Assembly (NCBI GenBank): GCA_964342575.1
Contig: CAYFGZ010000001.1
Coordinates: forward strand, 6,310 to 70,309
Reading direction: 5' to 3'
Source: an uncultured Nisaea sp.
GTDB taxonomy: Bacteria > Pseudomonadota > Alphaproteobacteria > Thalassobaculales > Thalassobaculaceae
DNA: 64,000 nt
Shown here: in pieces, positions 41,095 through 50,798 of the stretch
How the letters are laid out: each line of letters starts with the position of its first letter
How positions within the stretch are numbered: position 1 is the stretch's first letter
Translations under genes and position numbers: made by a program
The notes under the pieces: model-generated
Seen by the model: only the letters and a program-made list of their open reading frames with translations
Told to the model about the DNA's origin: nothing
Database searches by the model: none

Positions 41095-42357
41095 ATGCAT
41101 CTCCAAGACCTTAAAAGTAAGAGCCCTGCCGATCTACTCGTGTTTGCCGAGGAATTGGAAATAGAGAACGCAAGTGTTCTTCGGAAGCAGGACATGATGT
41201 TTGCTATCCTGAAACAGCTAGCAGAGAATGAGGTGGCTATATATGGGATGGGGGTACTAGAGACACTAGCAGATGGCTTCGGGTTTTTAAGGTCGCCAGA
41301 GTCAAATTATCTGCCAGGACCAGACGATATTTATGTTTCGCCAAGCCAGGTCCGAAAATTTGGTCTCCGGAATGGGGATACTGTAGAGGGACAAATCCGA
41401 TCCCCTAAGGATGGGGAGCGATACTTTGCCTTACTTAAAGTAAACCAAATTAACTTTGAAGATCCAGAAGTAGTTCGGCATAGAATAAATTTTGATAATC
41501 TTACCCCATTGTATCCAGATGAGCGACTTTCCTTGGAAGCAGAAAAAGACGCCAAAAAAGAAGAAGACCCAACCTGCAGAGTGATAGATCTAATCTCACC
41601 TATAGGGAAAGGGCAACGAGCACTGGTGGTTGCGCCACCACGAACCGGCAAAACTGTTATGCTGCAAAACATAGCGAAATCAATCGCGCTCAATCACCCA
41701 GAGGTTTATCTGATAGTTCTACTTATTGATGAACGGCCTGAAGAAGTTACAGACATGGATCGTACGGTCAATGGCGAAGTTATAAGCTCCACATTCGATG
41801 AACCCGCTAGCCGCCACGTCCAAGTGGCAGAAATGGTAATAGAAAAAGCAAAACGGCTGGTGGAGCATCGACGTGACGTGGTTATACTGCTAGATTCGAT
41901 AACGCGCTTGGCTAGAGCATATAATACGGTAGTACCATCATCCGGTAAGGTGTTAACAGGAGGTGTAGATGCAAATGCTTTACAGAGGCCGAAGCGGTTT
42001 TTTGGAGCTGCGAGAAACATAGAAGAAGGAGGATCTCTGTCGATTATAGCAACAGCACTAATTGATACGGGATCGCGCATGGATGAAGTAATATTTGAGG
42101 AATTCAAGGGAACGGGGAACTCTGAGCTGATCCTGGATAGAAAACTTTCAGATAAGCGGACATTTCCCACTATTGATATTACCAAGTCGGGAACCAGAAA
42201 AGAGGAGCTGTTGGTCGATAAGGGAACGCTGTCGAAGATGTGGGTATTACGCCGCATATTGTCTCAAATGGGGACGGTTGATGCGATGGAGTTTTTGCTT
42301 GAAAAACTAAAGGTTTCGAAAAATAACGATGATTTCTTTGACGCCATGAACTCATAA
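41095..42357 (+). CDS. rho: transcription termination factor Rho
   Basis: It has a GFGFLR RNA-binding domain, Walker A PPRTGKT and [13 protein letters not shown]. Confidence 0.98.
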   Translation: MHLQDLKSKSPADLLVFAEELEIENASVLRKQDMMFAILKQLAENEVAIYGMGVLETLADGFGFLRSPESNYLPGPDDIYVSPSQVRKFGLRNGDTVEGQIRSPKDGERYFALLKVNQINFEDPEVVRHRINFDNLTPLYPDERLSLEAEKDAKKEEDPTCRVIDLISPIGKGQRALVVAPPRTGKTVMLQNIAKSIALNHPEVYLIVLLIDERPEEVTDMDRTVNGEVISSTFDEPASRHVQVAEMVIEKAKRLVEHRRDVVILLDSITRLARAYNTVVPSSGKVLTGGVDANALQRPKRFFGAARNIEEGGSLSIIATALIDTGSRMDEVIFEEFKGTGNSELILDRKLSDKRTFPTIDITKSGTRKEELLVDKGTLSKMWVLRRILSQMGTVDAMEFLLEKLKVSKNNDDFFDAMNS

Positions 42358-42404
42358 GGTGACCGGAGGAAAGCTCTGTTTTGAAGGAAAACTCTGAGCT
42401 GCCT

Positions 42405-43379
42405 CTAAGGAATTAGAATAGTAGAAGCCGTCGTTGATCGTGCTTCTAACGCTTCATGCGCTGCTCGGGCTTCTTTTAAAGGAAATCGCTGGTCGATGCG
42501 AACGGTTACTTGATTGGAAACGATGACTTTGAATAGATCTTCAGCCATAGCAGCGAGCGATTCCTTGGAGTTTGCGTAATGAAATAAAGTAGGCCGTGTG
42601 AAGGTAAGCGAGCCCTTTTGTGCAAAAACCCCTAAATCCACGGGGGGAATAGGTCCCGAGGCTTGGCCGAAACTAACCATTTTGCCAAGCGGTTTTAGGC
42701 AGTCGAGCGATTTCTCAAATGTGTCCTTTCCTATAGAATCGAAAACGACCGGGACCTTCTCTCCAGAGGTTATTTCAAGCACACGGTCCAGGAAATCATC
42801 GCGTGTGTATATTATCGGAAAGTCGCAGCCGTTTGCTTTGGCTAGCCCCGCTTTTTCCTCATTGCCAACGGTTCCTATTACGGTCGCACCTAAGCTTTTA
42901 GCCCATTGACAAACTAGCAATCCCACGCCGCCGGCCGCAGCGTGGATAAGGATGGTGTCTGATGGCCCGACTTTATGGATTTGTCGCAAAAGATATTGAG
43001 CGGTCAGCCCTTTCAGCATTACAGCAGCAGCAGTATCGTCGCTGATTTGACTAGGGATGCTTACAACATTATTTGCATCAATGACCCGCTCTTCCGAATA
43101 TGCCCCTGGAGGCGGCGAGGCATAGGCCACTCTATCCCCAACCGCGAGATCAGTTACATTGTGTCCCAGGGCTTCAACTATGCCGGCGGCCTCCATCCCT
43201 AAGCCGGAAGGAAGGGGGAGTGGGTACAGACCGCTCCGGTGATAGGTGTCGATGAAATTCAAGCCGATAACAGTGTGCCGAATCCGGATTTCATTGGGGG
43301 ACAGGGGCGGTGTCTCCACGTCCTCCCAGGTCAGTACTTCAGGCCCACCTGGTTTATGGAAGCGAATAACCTTGACCAT
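42405..43379 (-). CDS. qor: NADPH:quinone oxidoreductase (zeta-crystallin-like MDR)
   Basis: It has the MDR fold with the AAGGVG cofactor motif and no structural zinc ligands. Confidence 0.85.
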   Translation of the reverse strand: MVKVIRFHKPGGPEVLTWEDVETPPLSPNEIRIRHTVIGLNFIDTYHRSGLYPLPLPSGLGMEAAGIVEALGHNVTDLAVGDRVAYASPPPGAYSEERVIDANNVVSIPSQISDDTAAAVMLKGLTAQYLLRQIHKVGPSDTILIHAAAGGVGLLVCQWAKSLGATVIGTVGNEEKAGLAKANGCDFPIIYTRDDFLDRVLEITSGEKVPVVFDSIGKDTFEKSLDCLKPLGKMVSFGQASGPIPPVDLGVFAQKGSLTFTRPTLFHYANSKESLAAMAEDLFKVIVSNQVTVRIDQRFPLKEARAAHEALEARSTTASTILIP

Positions 43380-43567
43380 CGGGTTCTCCTTACAGGATGT
43401 TTGGGAGGGGTGAAATATTTAACGGCAGTTGCAGCACAGTCTACTCCCTAACAAACGTGATTTAAATGTTTAGGGTATACTTTCTATGCGTATATAACAT
43501 AAAACGATACTTTCGGAAAGCCGCCCGTGGAAAACAAACCTGGAAAAAAGGGCACAAAGATAAATCA

Positions 43568-44899
43568 ATGACGACAAGGTATGACGAGACTATTTTCGCT
43601 CTAGCAACGACGCCAGGAAGGTCGTCAATAGCTGTGATTCGGATATCTGGAGAATTAGCAAAGACGGTTTGTGGAATTTTTAATTTTCAAGCGCCGCCGC
43701 CCAGGGTTGCAGGTGTACGGGCGTTGGAGGACGCCCGTCGAAAGCTGGATGAGGCGATGGTAATTTTTTTCGAGGGCCCGAGGAGCTTCACTGGAGAAGA
43801 TATGGTGGAGCTTCATTTGCATGGCGGCAGAGCCGTTGTCGAGGCTATTTTGGGAGCGCTTGGCAAACAACCAGGGTTGAGAATGGCCGAGGCAGGGGAA
43901 TTTACAAAGCGCGCAGTTATAAATGGTAAGATTGATCTTACAGAAGCGGAGGGAGTAAATGACTTAATCAGCGCCCAAACAGAGGCTCAGAGGGTTCAAA
44001 GCCTGCATCAAATGGAGGGAGGCCCTGGAAAACAGTTTAATGAATGGTGTAACACCATGGTGCAGATGGCAGCACATGTTGAAGCGTATATTGATTTTCC
44101 CGAAGAGGAGATCCCCAAAGATATTTTGGCGGGAATTGAAGGAAATATAAACAGCATGATTGACGACATGGAAGACCATCTAAACGATAACCGTAGGGGA
44201 GAGATTTTACGCGACGGCTTAAGGGTCGCTGTTATTGGCCCTCCAAATGCCGGGAAGTCTTCATTTGTGAATTGGTTGGCACAAAGAGATATAGCCATTA
44301 CATCTGATCAAGCAGGGACTACCCGAGACATTATCGAGGTCTCACTGGATTTAGATGGGTATCCGGCCGTGCTGGCAGATACAGCCGGCCTCAGAGAATC
44401 TATAGACCCCCTAGAGACGAAGGGCATAGAGCGAGCGCGTGAGTGGGCAAAAATGGCTGATATACGTATAATTTTAGTGGCAGCCCCAGAATTACGATGC
44501 TGGCAGAAGTCTTGGGCCCCAACCGGACCGGACGACATTGTTATCATCAATAAAATCGACCTAGAAAACCCAGTTAATCAGCCCCCAGGAATGTTAAAAA
44601 TCTCATTAAAAAAGAAGGAAGGGCTGACGTCTGTTCTAGAAAGACTGCATGCGGTGGCTAAAAACAAAATGAGCGGTCAAGAGCCGGCAATCATTACAAA
44701 AGCGAGGCATAGAGAAGCACTAGAAGCCAGTGTGGCAGGCCTTAAGAGAGCCCAACAAACTATTAGGGGGGCATGCGAGCCCGAACTATTGGCAGAAGAC
44801 TTTAGAGCTACAATTCAGTCTCTGGGAAGAGTTACGGGAAGAGTAGATATAGAAGACTTGTTGGATGTAATTTTTAATGATTTTTGTATCGGAAAGTAA
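43568..44899 (+). CDS. mnmE: tRNA uridine-5-carboxymethylaminomethyl modification GTPase
   Basis: It has TIFALATTPGRSSIAVIRISG, G1 GPPNAGKSS, G3 DTAGLRE and the C-terminal FCIGK. I set the start at MTTRYDETIF; the ORF track extends to 43466. Confidence 0.96.
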   Translation: MTTRYDETIFALATTPGRSSIAVIRISGELAKTVCGIFNFQAPPPRVAGVRALEDARRKLDEAMVIFFEGPRSFTGEDMVELHLHGGRAVVEAILGALGKQPGLRMAEAGEFTKRAVINGKIDLTEAEGVNDLISAQTEAQRVQSLHQMEGGPGKQFNEWCNTMVQMAAHVEAYIDFPEEEIPKDILAGIEGNINSMIDDMEDHLNDNRRGEILRDGLRVAVIGPPNAGKSSFVNWLAQRDIAITSDQAGTTRDIIEVSLDLDGYPAVLADTAGLRESIDPLETKGIERAREWAKMADIRIILVAAPELRCWQKSWAPTGPDDIVIINKIDLENPVNQPPGMLKISLKKKEGLTSVLERLHAVAKNKMSGQEPAIITKARHREALEASVAGLKRAQQTIRGACEPELLAEDFRATIQSLGRVTGRVDIEDLLDVIFNDFCIGK

Positions 44900-44915
44900 T
44901 GTTTCACGTGAAACA
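44900..44915. promoter_or_regulatory. parS: parS centromere-like ParB binding site 1
   Basis: A perfect 16-bp palindrome TGTTTCACGTGAAACA lies immediately after the mnmE stop codon. It matches the parS consensus tGTTNCACGTGAAACa. Confidence 0.9.
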
Positions 44916-44989
44916 AAAAAAGTCGAATAAATGCTTTTAAAATTGTCGCCGTATTATTAAAAGGTACTAATGAGAGTATATGCATTCTG

Positions 44990-46888
44990 GTGAAGGGGCA
45001 TGATTTGGCCGAAATAGATGTGATTGTAATAGGCGGCGGACACGCGGGGACAGAGGCGGCCGCGGCTAGCGCCCGTCTCGGGGCTCGTACTGTTTTGCTA
45101 ACTCAAAAAAAATCAACGATAGGTGAAATGTCCTGTAATCCAGCCATCGGGGGGTTAGGTAAGGGGCACCTGGTCCGAGAGATAGACGCGCTGGATGGAA
45201 TTATGGCGAAGGCAGCTGATGCGTCAGGGATACAGTTTCGGGTGCTCAACCGAAGCAAGGGGCCAGCCGTTCGTGGTCCGCGGGTTCAAGCAGACAGGGC
45301 TCTTTATCGACAGGCTGTGCAGAGAGAATTAGAGCAAACGAACAACCTTACTGTAATGGAGGGAAGCGCGGAAGATATTTGTCAGCGGGAAGATGGTTCC
45401 GTGGTGGCGGTTGTGACGGACACAGGGGCGGCATTAGATTGCAGGGCAGTAGTGCTCACCACGGGAACTTTTCTAAGAGGGGTTATCCATTGCGGTGAAC
45501 GAAAAACACCTGCTGGCCGATTTGGCGACGCACCGGCAGCGGGGCTGTCCCTCACATTGGAGCGTATGGGGTTTTGTTTGTCGCGGCTAAAAACAGGTAC
45601 GCCGCCACGGCTAAACGGCAAGACCATAAATTGGGCCGCAGTAGAAAAACAACCGGGCGATGAGCCACCCGAACCGCTGTCGACCTTAACGACATCAATT
45701 CCCCAGAGGCAAGTTCCGTGCTACATCACCCATACTAACACCACCACTCACGAAATTATAACTCGCAGCCTACATAAATCACCAATTTATTCGGGGCAAA
45801 TAGAGTGCGTCGGCCCCAGATATTGTCCTTCTATAGAGGACAAAATAGTTCGTTTTGCAGACCGGCAACAACATCAGATATTTTTGGAGCCGGAGGGCCT
45901 GGACACCGACTGGGTTTATCCAAATGGAATATCGACGTCTTTGCCAGAAGAAATTCAAAAAGAACTGGTTCAAAGTATTTTGGGCCTCGAGCAAGCCGTG
46001 ATGGTGCGTCCCGGATATGCCATAGAGTATGACCATGTTGATGCTCGGGAGCTAAAGCACACACTTGAATCGCGGAAAGCGCCGGGGTTGTTCATGGCAG
46101 GGCAAATAGCCGGAACAACAGGATATGAAGAAGCGGCGGGTCAGGGGCTCGTGGCAGGAATTAATGCTGCCCTTCGGGCCGAGGGTCAGGACCGGGAGTT
46201 TGTAGTCGATCGAGCCGAGGGCTATCTGGGCGTGATGATAGATGATCTCGTGACAAAAGAATTAAGTGAACCCTATCGAATGTTTACATCAAGGGCGGAG
46301 TACCGCCTTCAATTGCGCGCCGATAACGCGGATATGCGGCTGACACAAAAAGGGTTGGATGTGGGCTGTATTGGCCCGGAACGGCAGAAGAAATTTGAAG
46401 AAAAACGAGACCGATTGTCCAATATAGAGGAGATGCTTCAGTCTCTAAAAGCTTCCCCAACTCACCTGACGAAAGCCGGCATAGCCGTTAACTTGGACGG
46501 CATTCCCCGATCTGCGTACGATCTTTTAGGAAATAGAGACCTAGACCATAACAAGCTATCTTCCATATGGCCGGAGCTAAGGGGCCTCCCAGAAAAATAT
46601 ATCGAGCTGGTGAAAACCGATGCGCTCTATGCGAGCTACATTCAAAGGCAAGAAGCCGATATTAGGTCTTACAGAAAAGACGAAAGCCTTGTTTTTCCTA
46701 AAGAAATAAATTTCGACCTGGTTGGCGGCTTATCTAATGAGGCACGGCAAGCACTTGAAAAAACAAACCCCCAAACGTTAGGGCAGGCAGCAAGAATTCC
46801 TGGGATTACGCCGGCCGCAGTCGTCACTCTGCTCAGACATGTAAAGGCGACAAGTCGAAGAGAAAGGCAAGTAGTGGTGACGCAATAG
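44990..46888 (+). CDS. mnmG: tRNA uridine-5-carboxymethylaminomethyl synthesis enzyme (GidA)
   Basis: It has the FAD motif [14 protein letters not shown], plus [17 protein letters not shown]. The start is GTG. Confidence 0.97.
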   Translation: MKGHDLAEIDVIVIGGGHAGTEAAAASARLGARTVLLTQKKSTIGEMSCNPAIGGLGKGHLVREIDALDGIMAKAADASGIQFRVLNRSKGPAVRGPRVQADRALYRQAVQRELEQTNNLTVMEGSAEDICQREDGSVVAVVTDTGAALDCRAVVLTTGTFLRGVIHCGERKTPAGRFGDAPAAGLSLTLERMGFCLSRLKTGTPPRLNGKTINWAAVEKQPGDEPPEPLSTLTTSIPQRQVPCYITHTNTTTHEIITRSLHKSPIYSGQIECVGPRYCPSIEDKIVRFADRQQHQIFLEPEGLDTDWVYPNGISTSLPEEIQKELVQSILGLEQAVMVRPGYAIEYDHVDARELKHTLESRKAPGLFMAGQIAGTTGYEEAAGQGLVAGINAALRAEGQDREFVVDRAEGYLGVMIDDLVTKELSEPYRMFTSRAEYRLQLRADNADMRLTQKGLDVGCIGPERQKKFEEKRDRLSNIEEMLQSLKASPTHLTKAGIAVNLDGIPRSAYDLLGNRDLDHNKLSSIWPELRGLPEKYIELVKTDALYASYIQRQEADIRSYRKDESLVFPKEINFDLVGGLSNEARQALEKTNPQTLGQAARIPGITPAAVVTLLRHVKATSRRERQVVVTQ

Positions 46889-46892
46889 TATC

Positions 46893-47525
46893 ATGACCCG
46901 TGGCCGAGAAATTTTTAATGAAAATATCAGTGTTTCACGTGAAACACTTTCAAAACTAGACATATACGAGCAATTATTAAAAAAATGGCAACCAAAAATA
47001 AATTTAATATCAACAAAAACAGTAGATAAAATATGGGAGCGCCATTTTTTTGACAGCGCCCAAATATTCCGACTTTTACCAAGAGGTACAAAAAGTATTT
47101 TAGACATAGGTACAGGCGCGGGGTTCCCTGGGTTGGTCTTGTCAATAATGGGGATGCCAGGTGTAAACCTGGTCGAGCCTGATAAGAAAAAGTGTTATTT
47201 TTTAGCAGAGGTTTTGCGCTCAACAGCAACCAGCGCAACACTGCATCCCTGCAGGATTGAAAATGTGCCGAAGGCCAAATATGATGTTGTGACCGCCCGC
47301 GCCCTAGCCCCACTCGATCGGTTAATTCCTATGGTTAGGCCCTACTTTGGGCCAGAGACAATCGGTGTTTTCCCAAAGGGACACAAAGTTAAACAGGAAT
47401 TGACGGCGACGAAAAAAAATTGGAAGATGGATATAGCTCTAATCCAAAGCATTTCTGACAGCCGTGGAAAAATAGTAGTAATAAAGGACATACTGGGTGA
47501 ACCAAACAACGGACAAAGCTATTAA
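46893..47525 (+). CDS. rsmG: 16S rRNA (guanine527-N7)-methyltransferase
   Basis: It has the SAM motif DIGTGAGFPGLVL and TARALA. Confidence 0.93.
   Translation: MTRGREIFNENISVSRETLSKLDIYEQLLKKWQPKINLISTKTVDKIWERHFFDSAQIFRLLPRGTKSILDIGTGAGFPGLVLSIMGMPGVNLVEPDKKKCYFLAEVLRSTATSATLHPCRIENVPKAKYDVVTARALAPLDRLIPMVRPYFGPETIGVFPKGHKVKQELTATKKNWKMDIALIQSISDSRGKIVVIKDILGEPNNGQSY
46931..46946. promoter_or_regulatory. parS: parS centromere-like ParB binding site 2 (inside rsmG coding sequence)
   Basis: It is identical to site 1 (TGTTTCACGTGAAACA) and extends to the 18-bp palindrome GTGTTTCACGTGAAACAC. It encodes residues VSRET of RsmG. Confidence 0.9.
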
Positions 47526-48324
47526 ACGGGATGTTTCTACGAGAGTTTTAGCGGTTGCAAACCAAAAAGGCGGCGTAGGAAAAACTACTACGGCGGTAAA
47601 TCTGGCGACGGCGATGGCGGCCTGTGAGTTAAGGGTATTACTGATAGATTTAGACCCACAAGGTAATGCGAGCACGGGTCTGGGAATACCGAGAGACGCC
47701 AGAGATTTAGACACCTACGCTGTACTCAGCGGAGATTGTAGCCTTTCCGGAGCGATAGCGCCCTCTGCCGTGCCCGGGCTTTGGATTGTGCCCACCTCTG
47801 AAAATTTGTCCGGGGCTGAGTTAGAGTTAGTGGCGGAGGAGAAACGGGAATATAGGTTGCGCGAGGCATTGGTGCGGCACTCGGAAACGGAAAGAGAGGT
47901 GTTTGATTTTGTAATAATTGATTGCCCGCCTTCCCTGGGGTTGCTGACGTTGAACGCTCTAGTCGCATCGGATGCGGTTTTAGTGCCCTTGCAATGCGAA
48001 TTTTATGCGCTAGAAGGCCTTAGTATGTTGCTTAAAACTATCGAAAGAGTGCAACGTGTTTTTAATCCCTCATTGGATATTCAGGGAGTCGTGCTGACGA
48101 TGGCTGATCAGCGAAATAATTTATCGGAGCAAGTAGCCGCCGACGTCAGAGAACATTTGGGGGCGAAAGTGTATAATACCGTAATACCGCGAAATGTCAG
48201 GATTTCTGAGGCGCCGTCGCATGGCCTGCCAGCATTGGTATATGATCTAAGGTGTGCCGGGTCCCAGGCGTACATCCATCTAGCGGGGGAGGTAATACGG
48301 AGAGAACGGAGTAGCGCGGGATGA
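47497..48324 (+). CDS. parA: chromosome partitioning ATPase ParA
   Basis: It has the deviant Walker A VANQKGGVGKTTTAVNLA. The GTG start overlaps the rsmG 3' end by 29 nt. Confidence 0.95.
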   Translation: MNQTTDKAIKRDVSTRVLAVANQKGGVGKTTTAVNLATAMAACELRVLLIDLDPQGNASTGLGIPRDARDLDTYAVLSGDCSLSGAIAPSAVPGLWIVPTSENLSGAELELVAEEKREYRLREALVRHSETEREVFDFVIIDCPPSLGLLTLNALVASDAVLVPLQCEFYALEGLSMLLKTIERVQRVFNPSLDIQGVVLTMADQRNNLSEQVAADVREHLGAKVYNTVIPRNVRISEAPSHGLPALVYDLRCAGSQAYIHLAGEVIRRERSSAG

Positions 48325-49229
48325 CTGCCGATCAACCTTCAAAAGGAAAACGACGTAAGCTTGGTCGCGGCTTGTCCGCGCTTTTTGGTGAAGCGAATGT
48401 TTACCAGCAGAGCCCTGCGACTGATAGGCAAACCAAAATGATACCAACATCGAATATCAGGCCGGGCCCAGAACAACCACGGCGAAGTTTCGATGGAACA
48501 GAATTGAAGACACTTGCCGAGAGTATAAAGCAGAAAGGAATCTTGCAACCGTTGTTATTACGCAGAATGGAGAGTGGGGGCGACATTTATGAAATCATAG
48601 CGGGCGAGCGACGCTGGCGAGCCGCTCAATTAGCGCAGATTCACGAGGTCCCCGCCGTAATTGGTCGTTATGATGAAAAGGAAGCCCTAGAGATAGGTCT
48701 TATAGAAAATATCCAACGCAGCGATCTATCTCCTCTTGAAGAAGCGGCGGGTTTTGAAAGGCTTGTTGGAGAATATGGTTACACTCAAGACCAGGTATCT
48801 AAGACCGTAGGCAAGAGCAGGAGCTACATAGCAAATTCGCTGAGATTACTTGCACTTCCTTCTGGTGTTAAGGAGCATTTAGAATCAGGTCGACTAACAG
48901 CTGGTCACGCGCGTGCTCTATTGGTTGCAAGAGACGCTGAGAAATTAGCTGAGTATGTTGTTGCGGGGAGTTTGTCGGTGAGGGCCACCGAAAGACTCGT
49001 GCACCGAAATGCGACCGAGATTGGGGCAGTTAGCCCAGTCAAGAAAAGAAGTAGCATGTCATCGAGCAGTCGTTTAGACCCTGACATTTTGGCCTTAGAG
49101 AAAGATATCTTTGAGAAGCTGGGATTGTATGTTGAAATACAAGACCAAGGGGATAGAGGAGGAAAGGTTACCATTCGGTACCATGATTTGGACGAATTCG
49201 AATATCTTTTGAAAAAACTAGCCCCATAA
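48321..49229 (+). CDS. parB: chromosome partitioning protein ParB
   Basis: Motifs GILQPLLLR, IAGERRWRAA and IENIQRSDLSPLEEA (HTH) are present. The start overlaps the parA stop (ATGA). Confidence 0.95.
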   Translation: MTADQPSKGKRRKLGRGLSALFGEANVYQQSPATDRQTKMIPTSNIRPGPEQPRRSFDGTELKTLAESIKQKGILQPLLLRRMESGGDIYEIIAGERRWRAAQLAQIHEVPAVIGRYDEKEALEIGLIENIQRSDLSPLEEAAGFERLVGEYGYTQDQVSKTVGKSRSYIANSLRLLALPSGVKEHLESGRLTAGHARALLVARDAEKLAEYVVAGSLSVRATERLVHRNATEIGAVSPVKKRSSMSSSSRLDPDILALEKDIFEKLGLYVEIQDQGDRGGKVTIRYHDLDEFEYLLKKLAP

Positions 49230-49239
49230 AAAAACTTAG

Positions 49240-50268
49240 TTATTTCCGATAAGGTTTTGATTGCCCGATGCATAGCCCTAGAAGTATCTGGGAGGTAACA
49301 GTCGAAGCTGGAAACCCTGTTCCTTTGCATAGTTCTTCGGCCTCGTTTAAACGGTTCAAAGCATGCTCTAATCTTGGAGTAGACCACTGTCTAACTTGAC
49401 GCTCAAATTGGCTCCGGCGGTTCCAGAAAACTGGGGGGCGAAGCCGGCTAATGGCGTCTATTAAGGGGTTCCCGTTGTCGAAATAGGACCGGGCAGTTTT
49501 TAACCGCTGGAAATGTTTCATAGTTAATCTTATAACGCCGATAGGATTCTGTCCTTCAGCTGCCGATCGTCGTAACGTCAAATGCAGCGACTCTAGATTT
49601 CCATCCGCAACACAATTTGCAATATCATCAAAAAGTAAGGCTCCTCCATCACCTATGGCTAGCTCTACGTCGGATAACTTAAGACTGTTGTCGTCCGCGT
49701 AGAGGCAGATTTTTTCTAATTCGCTCTTCGTTTGTAGACGATCACCACCCAAACGCGTTGCCAAATAGGCGATGGCATCCTGGTCAGCCGTGATGTTATT
49801 GGCATTAAGGGTCACTTTTATGAAGGTCTCTAAATTATCTCCTTGGTCGCCATAACAAGCTAATATGCCTAGCTGGTCTGACTGCTCAAAGAGCTGCCGA
49901 AGTTTAGAACGGGTGTCTAAAGCACCGGCTTGGAGCACCATTTTAGCTACCGGGGACTCGAATTTTAATAGCCCTTTAATCGAATCGGTTAGCAAATCGG
50001 AGCAGTTTCGTATTCGCACGAGTCGGTTGCCGCCCGTCATCGAAAATGCCATCACAGCATCCGGTAGACACGCTGGGTCTTCACTGATGGAGTTTGGATC
50101 CAGCTCGTCCACCTGGAAAGGATCATTTATGTCAGAAACACAACCTTTTGCTATCGATGTAGCTGTCTCGTTGACATGGCCTGAATCAGGACCATAAACT
50201 AAAATGCCCACCAATTTTTCTGGAAAACCGTCAGAAAGCCGAGTCAAATCTTTTGGCTTCAACTTCAT
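49240..50268 (-). CDS. holA: DNA polymerase III delta subunit
   Basis: Its size and its position downstream of leuS-lptE match the conserved leuS-lptE-holA operon. The fold is helical and delta-like, with no Walker A. Confidence 0.8.
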   Translation of the reverse strand: MKLKPKDLTRLSDGFPEKLVGILVYGPDSGHVNETATSIAKGCVSDINDPFQVDELDPNSISEDPACLPDAVMAFSMTGGNRLVRIRNCSDLLTDSIKGLLKFESPVAKMVLQAGALDTRSKLRQLFEQSDQLGILACYGDQGDNLETFIKVTLNANNITADQDAIAYLATRLGGDRLQTKSELEKICLYADDNSLKLSDVELAIGDGGALLFDDIANCVADGNLESLHLTLRRSAAEGQNPIGVIRLTMKHFQRLKTARSYFDNGNPLIDAISRLRPPVFWNRRSQFERQVRQWSTPRLEHALNRLNEAEELCKGTGFPASTVTSQILLGLCIGQSKPYRK

Positions 50269-50798
50269 CTGGTGTCCTTCGGCTGTTGGTCGCGTTGTCC
50301 AAAAAAAAGGGCTAAGGTAAGCTTTATATTGTCACCTATGGCATGTACCGCTCGTCTTCTGGCATCATGCTGTGCTGTAATATTTGCATACTCTGACTCA
50401 ACAATATTGAAAACTGTCGTGGATTCCGTGGTTTTGTTAACAAGGGTTGAATTAGAGCTTAAGCTATTAAGTTTAAAGTGAGCTTTTATTTTAACCTTGG
50501 CAAAGGTGGACGTTGCGTCGCGAAGGATAACCATATTCGATCTTGTTTCTTCCAAAACGACCTTTAAAACATAGTGAGGAGCTTGGGGACGACCAGTTGG
50601 CGTGAGAATATCGATCAGGTAATTGCGCAATTGCTGACCAACTCGATCTCGAATCGGGTCTATATTAATTACAGATAGCTGCTGTATAATCCCGTTACCA
50701 GAGGTTGGATTCGACGAATAAAGTGGTTTAAAGCCGCACCCCCCAAGAGAGTTTAATACTGCAATAAGTATTATCCAATGGACGCTACGCCACGACAT
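50265..50798 (-). CDS. lptE: LPS-assembly lipoprotein LptE
   Basis: It has a signal peptide with the lipobox LGGCGF and sits between leuS and holA. I set the start at MSWRSVH. Confidence 0.65.
   Translation of the reverse strand: MSWRSVHWIILIAVLNSLGGCGFKPLYSSNPTSGNGIIQQLSVINIDPIRDRVGQQLRNYLIDILTPTGRPQAPHYVLKVVLEETRSNMVILRDATSTFAKVKIKAHFKLNSLSSNSTLVNKTTESTTVFNIVESEYANITAQHDARRRAVHAIGDNIKLTLALFFGQRDQQPKDTR

Noticed and set aside
42358-42404. A possible composite hairpin AGCTC-T-GTTTT-GAAGG-AAAAC-TCT-GAGCT lies between convergent rho and qor and could be a terminator.
   Set aside because: The stems are short and AT-rich with an internal loop, and there is no flanking T-tract. The evidence is too weak to call.
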